DNA of 64,000 nt from Mytilus trossulus (taxonomy: Eukaryota). The stretch covers positions 96,100,001-96,164,000 of the forward strand of contig NC_086373.1 in the NCBI RefSeq assembly GCF_036588685.1. The letters are read 5' to 3'. The notes under the pieces are model-generated. The model was not told where the DNA came from. It made no database searches and saw nothing but the letters and a program-made list of their open reading frames with translations. How positions within the stretch are numbered: the first letter of the stretch is position 1; every line of letters starts with the position of its first letter. This document shows, one piece after another, positions 55,301 to 64,000 of the stretch. The position numbers were made by a program, and so were the translations under genes.

Positions 55301-58300
55301 TTTTTGAGAGGCTCGGTCTTATAAAAAGTAGGTATTTTCTGTCAAAAAGAATCAATTTGTAATGGTCTCCATTTCATATCAGATAACGGAACTCAATTGG
55401 GAGTTGAAAAAATCTTTCAAATTTAGACAGCGTCTTGCAAAAAAGCATTATCCTCCCGGCAGCTTTTTTTGCATTCGAAGCAATACTTTTGGTGTCTTTA
55501 TTACATTTTGGCGCTCTATAGCCTTTTAAAACCAGGCTTAATTAACCATTTTCTACATTAGAAGATGTCTGTACCAAGTTCAGAATACGAGACTTGTTAT
55601 CCATCCGTTTGATGTTTCAGAGCTTTTGATTTTGTCATTTGATAAGGGACTTTCTTTTTTGAAATTTCATCTGAGTTCAGTATTTTTGTCATTTCACTTT
55701 TTTTTTCTTGTATTAAAAAAAACTTTGTTGGAAAAAAAGGTTATTATTTTCTGCCAATGTCAGTTTTTACTGGTTAAATGATGTAATATCCAAGAAGTAT
55801 TATAACGAAACTTATCAAAGATACCAGGATTAAAATTGTATACCCCTGACGAGTGTTTCGTCTATCAATGTCGTCCAGTCAAAAACCTTAAAAAAGAGTT
55901 ATATTAACATACAAAACTACAACCTACCAGTGAAGTATTCTGGTTCTGCTGATTCTGTAGAATTAGCAATACTTGTGTTTGAATTATTTCCAGTGTCGAA
56001 TTGTACAGGTAATAAATCTGTTTTTACATCTGTAAATAGCCACATTTCAAACTAAACAACAAAATTATAAGACAAACGTGCTTTGTTCTTAGATTTCGAT
56101 GACAAATTAGTAAAAACAAAATCAATGAAAAAGTAACCTTCAAAGAGTTTTTTGAAATTTAAATATGTCACTAGTTTCGAACTATGAGCACCTGGGTGCT
56201 CAATTATAGATAATATTGGACGCTCAACTCTTTTAATACTTGAGAAAGGGAAATAATATATGTAGTAATAAATTTTAAATCAGACAATGTAGAGATAATT
56301 ATGGTCTATTCATCCGTTCTTTTAATTCTTCTAATTACATATATAAAACTTAAATATCTTCTTGTTCTTTTTTATCACCATTCTTTTAATGATGTTGTGT
56401 GCACAGCAACATTTGCTTTGTTCTCAACATTGTAGGTAGTCACGAGATTAATGGCATTTACATACTGCATATATGTATATGTTGAAGATACACATTTGTC
56501 TAATTGTTACCCGATTGATTTTCCCCCGATCGTTTTGTTTTAAGTAAACTGGTGGTGTGTGTGGTCTCCGTTCTTTATTAGTCAAAGTGCAATTCCTTCC
56601 TTTTGCTAGATTTCTTATCGTGACGTCCCCAAAATACAGATTTGTTGGGATTAATTTCATTAGAAAAACAGATTCAGTCACAGAAACTTGGCAATTCGGT
56701 ATTTCTCTACACATGACAGTTGAATTTGATAATACTAAAAAAGGAAAACAAGCTATCGTATCACCTTGATGTAGTGATATACTCTATATATATCTTACCT
56801 ATCGACTCTGTAGTATACTTGAAATCAGGTTCCATGTACAGAACACTTGAGATGCTTCTTGATATAATCTGATTTATTTTCAAGAACTATGGTGCTGCCT
56901 TCATATCCTAATCATAACATATAATGCATATCGATCACCAAATTATAATTGAGCATAGATTCTTATAAGTCTACATCTATGTATTAATTTTTAGTTGTAT
57001 CTCAATGTTAATTATAATTACTTTTCGCTATAGAATTATCAAAGATTTGATGAAAAATCCTGCAAAATGCAAATACAATAAAGTAAGATTTGTAAATTTA
57101 CATAAGTATATTGCATGATTTGGCATGCCGTGGAGAGAAAAATTATCAATAAGGAATATTACAATATGAAGAATATTCAATCTTATATAAATATAGGAAG
57201 ATGTGGTGTGAGTGCCAATGAGACAACTCTCCATCCAATAACAATTTCAAAAAAGTAAACCATTATAGGTCAATGTTATGTATTAGTTAATGCAGTAATA
57301 TTTCGTTTCATTAAGGGAGATGCATACAGGTTCATATGATATGCACACACATTGGTACTTTTCAGCAGGGTGGTACATTTATTTATTTCACTAATTGTAA
57401 TTTCGTGGAATGTTTTGAAATATTTAATTTCACCTGTTTTTCTTCCCATGTTGATTGGTTGGCTGCGAACAACAGCACGTTCATCAGATCTATGAGGGAC
57501 TGAAATAAACAACATCATGTTCATTATATCTATAAGTGACGGAAATAAATTATTATATAATAAGTAAGTGTTTTGTTTTGTAAGACACAGTAAACAACAT
57601 CACGTTCATTAGATCTATAAGTGACTGAAATAAATAATTATATAATAAGTAAGTGTTTTGTTTTGTAAGACACAGTAAATAACATCACGTTCATTAGACC
57701 TATAAGTGACTGAAATAAATAATTATATAATAAGTAAGTGTTTTGTTTTGTAAGACACAGTAAATAACATCACGTTCATTAGACCTATAAGTGACTGAAA
57801 TAAATAATTATATAATAAGTAAGTGTTTTGTTTTGTAAGACGCAGTAAACAACATCACAATGAACATATTGAAATAATAACAATATAATTAGTATAATGT
57901 CTTAAAAGATTAAAAACGTACGACAATAATTAGGGACACTAAAAAAATAATGTAGTTATCTCGAATAAAAGCCTGTTTCCTCTTGACAAAAAGATAAGTG
58001 TAATGATGATATAATTTCACCAGAAGTGTCAAATACTAGTATTGAAAACTCTCAAGTTAAGAGTCCGCCTGAGTGCACAAATGATCTAAAATATAACGTA
58101 CTTTAAATACTATACATAATTCTAATGCAATTTGGATGTAAAAAAAAATTTCATTGGCTCAAAGTGGCCGTCAAATCCACAGTTGACCAGGCGTAACTAA
58201 GGAGGGACCCGCCATTTTGAATTGATGAATCAACAAATGTTCGATTACTACTATATAATCAAAAATAAAACAACACCTACCTCGAATTCGCCGTTTTAAT

Positions 58301-60214
58301 GTAATTTTATCCGAATTTGAAGCGTACAGGTAACGTAACAACCTCCAGTTTGTAAGTTTTCATTTGTATTACGTCACGTTTAGCCATGACGTCTTTGTGC
58401 CAAACTCATACATGAAGTTTCGCGGATTTTTTTTTATTTGACAAATTTAGACATTTTTTCAAGTTTTATCGTATTTTTTCATTTTTGTAATGCATAAGAA
58501 TCAGAATAACAGTACTGTAGTTAAAGAGTTGCCATCGTCAATTTTGATTTGACGGTCGCAAATCTACGTTTTACTGTCTCAGCTACGCGCGCCAGTAAAA
58601 CTGCATTTGCGACCGTCAAATCTACAATTGACGGTGGCAACTCTTCAACTACAGTACTGTTATTCCTTAATTTCCTGCGACTGCTATCAAACAGTCATAA
58701 AAAGTATCTAATATTCAGTGACTGCCCAATTATCAGAGAAACATAACAAATAAGGAACCAATGTGAATTTTGGATTCACTTTATTCTGCCTATTAACCTT
58801 TTTCAAATTTAGAGTCACCGATGAGTCTATTGAAGACAATGTCTAACGTACAAAATTATACACCTGGCATTTTTAATGATTTTTTTTTTAATTATACATC
58901 TGGTATTTTTAATGAGTTTTTTTTATGTGGGACCAAAAACACCACCAAATAATACATGTGGTCACCTATAATTGGTTCTAGAAGTTTATCTGCAGAATAA
59001 ACTCCTTGCACGATAGGAAATCAAAATGTAAACACTCTTTTAATGTAACGATGAAATGAAGATGCATATATCTTGCATGGTTCTTCTTTTTCAAAGAGAT
59101 TCGAAATTCCTTACAGGTACATGTATATGTACATGTAAAGTTTTCAAGTTATGGTGGATATTATTTTATTTAAGAAAATTATAATATACAGGACTAAGTA
59201 ACTATCAACCTTCAAGGTAAAATTGTCACGTTATGGTGGATATTTGCTTATTTAAGAATATTATAATATACAGGACTAAGTACACAACCAACTTTCAAAG
59301 TAATCTTGTCATCGCGGGCTGACAATTGTGGGTATTGTTCCAAATGTCTCAGTAACGAACGAAGAATGCTAACAGCTAAATCAACATCGCCAGAATATAA
59401 GTGGTTATTATTTCTTCTTATGATAAACTCACATAATTGATCGTATACGTACTTAATGGTTGTTTGCTGATAGCCAAGCCGAAGCATCTCAAGCTGGAAG
59501 ATAATACAGTAGTATAAGTAATAGTATATCATTATATCACCAGGATAATTATAACATCGATCGAGTGTAAACGGATTTTTAACGGATTTCCACTAAAGCA
59601 AAAAGCAAATATCTGCATGTGTACAAACCTGTCTTGTTTAAAGCAAATATTCAGAATATAAGAATTGCTTTTATCTAATATGTTTAATTGTGCACAATTA
59701 TGTCTTTTTTAAACTTTCTTTTATTTACGAAAATGAAAATTAACAAATATATCAAACTCCAACGTTAATTGAAAAAAGAGGAAGTTCATCAAACCTAATA
59801 AAACACAATGCTTGGCTATATCAACTAAAAGAACAAATAGAAACGAACTGTCACATACTGGACTTGACACAAACATTTTTCGAACAATGGTGGATTGAAT
59901 CTGCTTTTATTCCTAGATAAACCTTCAACTTTATGACAGTTGTCCAAAGATCCGTCATTTTGAAAAAAATTGTGGGAGCAACCCAAACAAGACATTTTTG
60001 GTTTAAGTTTCAATAAACGAAAAATACCCTTTGCTGTTATTTTAAACCAATGGAAGTGGTCCCAATTGAAAGTAGAACTTACCAGGGAGTTAAATTATAT
60101 TGCTTACCTTGTCATAAACCTCATAGACTAAGTATACAGACTGACATTTTGCATAGTTTGGTTCAGCCCAGGTACAAGTCTCACCTGTGCACACACATTG
60201 TCTTGTAGCATATC
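52304..60214 (-). CDS. Partial adhesion-GPCR-like gene: HRM domain, GAIN domain and GPS motif; possibly truncated or pseudogenised
   Basis: Exons 60214-60108 (GYATRQC..CTWAEPNYAKC, HRM), 59493-59293 (GDVDLAVSIL), 57499-57434 (SLIDLMNVLLFAANQSTW), about 56907/56886-56799, 56734-about 56511, 56029-55928, 54791-54713, 54080-53969 (FLSPISDV..IPIKH), 52430-52304 (GRWTNDQC..TVCKCSLPGHF, GPS). Two junctions are not phase-resolved. The 5' end and the 7TM were not found. Confidence 0.65.
57511..57858. repeat. 85-bp tandem array (about 4 copies) containing a copy of the neighbouring exon start and acceptor
   Basis: aacatc unit starts at 57511, 57596, 57681, 57766 and 57851. The first 40 bp match 57471-57510. 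Confidence 0.9.
58504..58665. repeat. Long near-perfect palindrome (about 70-bp arms)
   Basis: gaataacagtactgtagttaaagagttgccatcgtcaatt... versus ...aattgacggtggcaactcttcaactacagtactgttattc. Confidence 0.85.
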
Positions 60215-61194
60215 CTACAAATCAAATATAATATTCAGATGAAAATATAAAAGAATGAATATTATTGGAACACGTTGATATATAAAAAGAACAACATATA
60301 TTTACACAGATTAATTCGTAGTGCACTATGTATTAATTCAACTGATTTTGAATTAATCGCTGTACATATCTGTACATCAAACTAATAAACTAAACTGGGT
60401 TATCGGCCATTGTTACAAACAAAATTGTAAATGAAGAAATTAGTTGCTGGTGACTTATCGGTTTGTAATGATTTCACATCGTGCTTCTTGAATTTTGTTA
60501 AACTGGAAACAATAAAACAGTCATCACAGAAAACCATTTAACTAAACCTAAGGAAAACAATATAATATTAACAACAAAGACATTTTAGTTTTTGTTAAAA
60601 CTGCAGTATTGCAATTAAAACGGTATTTATATAAGGTTTTTTTTAACAAAACACAGATATCGACGGTGACTTAACCAAACATAGCATTCAAGTTTTAAGC
60701 TTAACCTCTGAATAACTCTGTTTTTTTTTAATTGTATGTCATGTAAATAAAGGCAACAGTAGTATACCGCTGTTCAAAACTCATAAATCCATGGACAAAA
60801 AACAAAATCGGGGTTACAAACCAAAACCGAGCGAAACGCATTAAATATAAGAGGAGAACAACGACACAACACCGAAACGCAACACACACAGAAACAAATG
60901 ATATTACTTCGTACGGACCAATGGTTGCTTTGGGGTGGAATAACCTCCATAATTGTGCATGAATTGTTTTAAGAAGCGCCAAAAGTATACTACAATCTGT
61001 CGATACCTGTAACTTGGCTTTGCACAATGTCATGTTTTTCTCTGGCTGTTTATGACGTCTTTACACTAAATCCATTGGATGTTGGATGTGTACGGATTGA
61101 TTGTTTAGTCTTAGATGCATGATTTTTTTATTAGTTGTTAGAGACTTTGAACTAGCTGTTTGATAACTGCATGTACTCTCAGATCTGTTAATTT

Positions 61195-61660
61195 TGTCTT
61201 TTTGTGTCGGGACGTATAAGTACCCGGCCACGTCGACTTGTATTTTTTGTCCATCTAATGAGTTAAGCCTTTTTCAACTGATTTTTATAGTTCGTTCTTA
61301 TGTTGTACTGTTATACCACTGTCCCAGGTTAGGGGAGGGTTGGGATCCCGCTAATATGTTTAACCCCGCCTCATTATTTATGTATGTGCCTGTTCCAAGT
61401 CAGGAGCCTGTAATTCAGTGGTTGTCGTTTGTTTATGTGTTACATATTTCTTTTTCGTTCATATTTTTACATAAATAAGGCCGTTAGTTTTCTCATTTGA
61501 ATTGTTTTACATTGTCTTATCGGGGCCTTTTATAGCTGACTATGCGGTATGGGCTTTGCTCATTGTTGAAGGCCGTACGGTGACCTATAGTTGTTAATGT
61601 TTGTGTCAATTTGGTCTTTTTTTGGATAGTTGTCTCATTGTCAATCATATTTCTTTTTTA
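61195..61660. repeat. Dispersed repeat family B (copies at about 2415-2690 and 3650-3750; reverse copies at 33540, 34020, 44878, 45780, 57197)
   Basis: Shared caagtcaggagcctgtaattcagtggttgtcg...gttgtctcattggcaatcataccacatctt. Confidence 0.8.
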
Positions 61661-64000
61661 TATATAACATTTCATACTGATAAACCTTAACTTAACCTTT
61701 TGGTAACTAGCCATAGTTAGAGTTTAATATCGATAAACTTAGCCTGAATACACGAGCCTATGTGAACTTCGCTGAGGAAATAATTAACAAATCAAAAATG
61801 TATTTGTTATTTATCTAAATTCTAAACGAAGAGTATATTACAGCTGCTATTTGAAAGGGTCCTTCATCAGATAAAAAAAAATATCGAGATCTAATGAAAC
61901 TTGCCGAAGAAAATGTTGTCGATGTATATCGCAATGTTGAATGCCTTGGTTAAAATATCAGATATACAACATACAACATAATTCATGGGAAAGATATCGA
62001 AGAAACGTCGAATCTAACCAAAATTACCAAAAAGACTGGACAAGTGTTTTATTGTTCTTCATAAAGTCCAGGTATGGATAATTTTAATTAATTCTAATAG
62101 TATCACTATTTTATCACAAGCCCAGTAGTCAGCACTTTCGCGCTGACATGAATTATTATTGATATGTTTATATTAATAAACTAACTGTTTACAAAATTTA
62201 GAATTTTTTTAAATACTAAGGCTTTTTTACCTCAGGCATAGATTACCTTAGCTGTATTTGGCAAAACTTTTAGGAATTTTGGTCCTCAATGCACTTCAAC
62301 TTCGTTTTTTATTTGGCCTTTTAAACTTTTTTTGGATTCGAACGTCACTGATGAGTCTTTTGTAGACGAAACGGGCGTCTGGCGTATATACGAAATTTAT
62401 CTATGATGAGTTTTTTTAAAAAGCCAATGGTAAAACGAACTGTACCTATCTTGAATGGAAAAGACTCTTTAAAACTTTTTTACAAATCGATTGATTGTTT
62501 AACAACTGAGGTAATGGTGTATTAATTGTGAGAATCGCACCTTTACACATACACAGTCATGTTAATTTGGTTTCAACGTCACAAGACTCTATGTTACATT
62601 TCAATTACCAAACTGCAATACAGGAAGAGTTCACTTGTATACACAATTCACTTGATTTGAATTTTTTAGAACATAAAGATATCCTGTTAACACCAAACCA
62701 AGATTATAATTAGAGACTATATATAAATATGTGGAATTTCCGTTCTCACTCTAATACTCGATACTCTTTGATAGAATATTGTAATAATTAACACCGACTG
62801 AAAACAGTCAAATATATTTTGGGTTATTGTCAATTTTTTCTTTGAATATACAAACAGTTTCAAACTTAACCCTTCATAAAGTTAAAAAGATTGATATAAT
62901 TGATGGAAAAAAATAATGTTTATATTTTAATATATTCTGTGTATTTTCCTGGATACTCAGAAAGTATTTCACAGGGATATTTTATTACAATGAAGGAAAG
63001 TTGTAACAAGCAATTTGAAGAATAAAGAATATTTATTTATTGTTAAAAAAAAAGTTTCAAACTTAACCATGCATCAGTTTACAAATACATACAACGATAT
63101 AACATTTATTGGTTGAATTTATCAACTCGCAGTTAACTGCGACTACAATACAAATATGTGAGGACTATGAAAAAAGGACTTAGTATTGAAGTCATTTCAA
63201 CTACATTTTTGTAATCATTATGATTACTAAAACATCAAATTTGTTACTTCAGAATTTGACTAATAGTTTAAGCTGATTTCACAACGAAAGAAATTCCTAA
63301 TCCAAAGCAATTTGTGAAATAGTGGGTATAGATTAGAACCATAGCCGTTTAATTGAAATAAGTTCAAACAAATGAATTTACAACTCCAAGAACAATTCAT
63401 AAAGAAAGTTAATAAATGCATATGTTTACGCACATTCAAAATTGGAATTATAAAAAAACAAAAAAAAACCTATGTAAACAAAAATATAAACTTCCGTTTG
63501 CAAATAACAATACAAAGGAATAGTTATCAAAATTTTAATTCAAGTATCATTTTTTCGTTTTAATAAAATTATGGTTAAATCATATTAGGAATGTTTAATA
63601 ATTAGCACTATTAATAGTTATCAAAAGTACCAGGATTATAATTAAGTACGCCAGACGCGCGTTTCGTCTACATAAGACTCATCAGTGACGCTCATATCAA
63701 AATATTTAAAAAGCCAAACAATTGCAAAGTTGAACAGTATTGAGGATCCAAAATTCCAAAAAGTTGTACCAAATACGGCTAAAGTTATCTATGCCTGGGA
63801 TAAGAAAATCCTTAGTTTTTCGAAAAAGTTTTGAAAACAGGAAATTTATAAAAATTACCACATTATTGATATTCATGTCAACACCGAAGTGTTGACTACT
63901 GGGCTGGTGATACCCTCGAGGACGAAACGTCCACCAGTATTTAAACGTTTTTCGCGAGCAAACCAAGAAAAAGAAAATTCATTTCCATTAAGCTTCACTT

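Overview
AT-rich, intron-rich animal genomic DNA. The interspersed repeats resemble those of a bivalve mollusc such as Mytilus (inference). Four multi-exon genes can be reconstructed by hand. (1) HBS1L on the minus strand, 17 coding exons, about 747 aa. (2) ITPA on the plus strand, divergent from HBS1L, 194 aa. (3) A 4-repeat annexin on the minus strand, 326 aa. (4) A partial adhesion-GPCR-like gene (HRM+GAIN/GPS) on the minus strand with a non-canonical GPS and no recognisable 7TM. The main finding is a 1.85-kb alternative terminal exon inside HBS1L intron 5. It encodes a SKI7/HBS1L-V3-type exosome-adaptor isoform ending in [13 protein letters not shown], carries about 20 (P/S)SL(S/A)ELAxQ repeats, and sits behind a distant branch point and an AG-free zone. 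A second recurring pattern is intronic tandem repeats built from the adjacent exon end plus its splice site, including a GC donor. Introns and intergenic DNA hold many non-autonomous transposons (nested Mutator-like/Harbinger-like, Helentron/HINE-like, TTAA MITEs), a tRNA-derived SINE and small satellites. All exon coordinates were derived manually from splice consensus and reading-frame phase.
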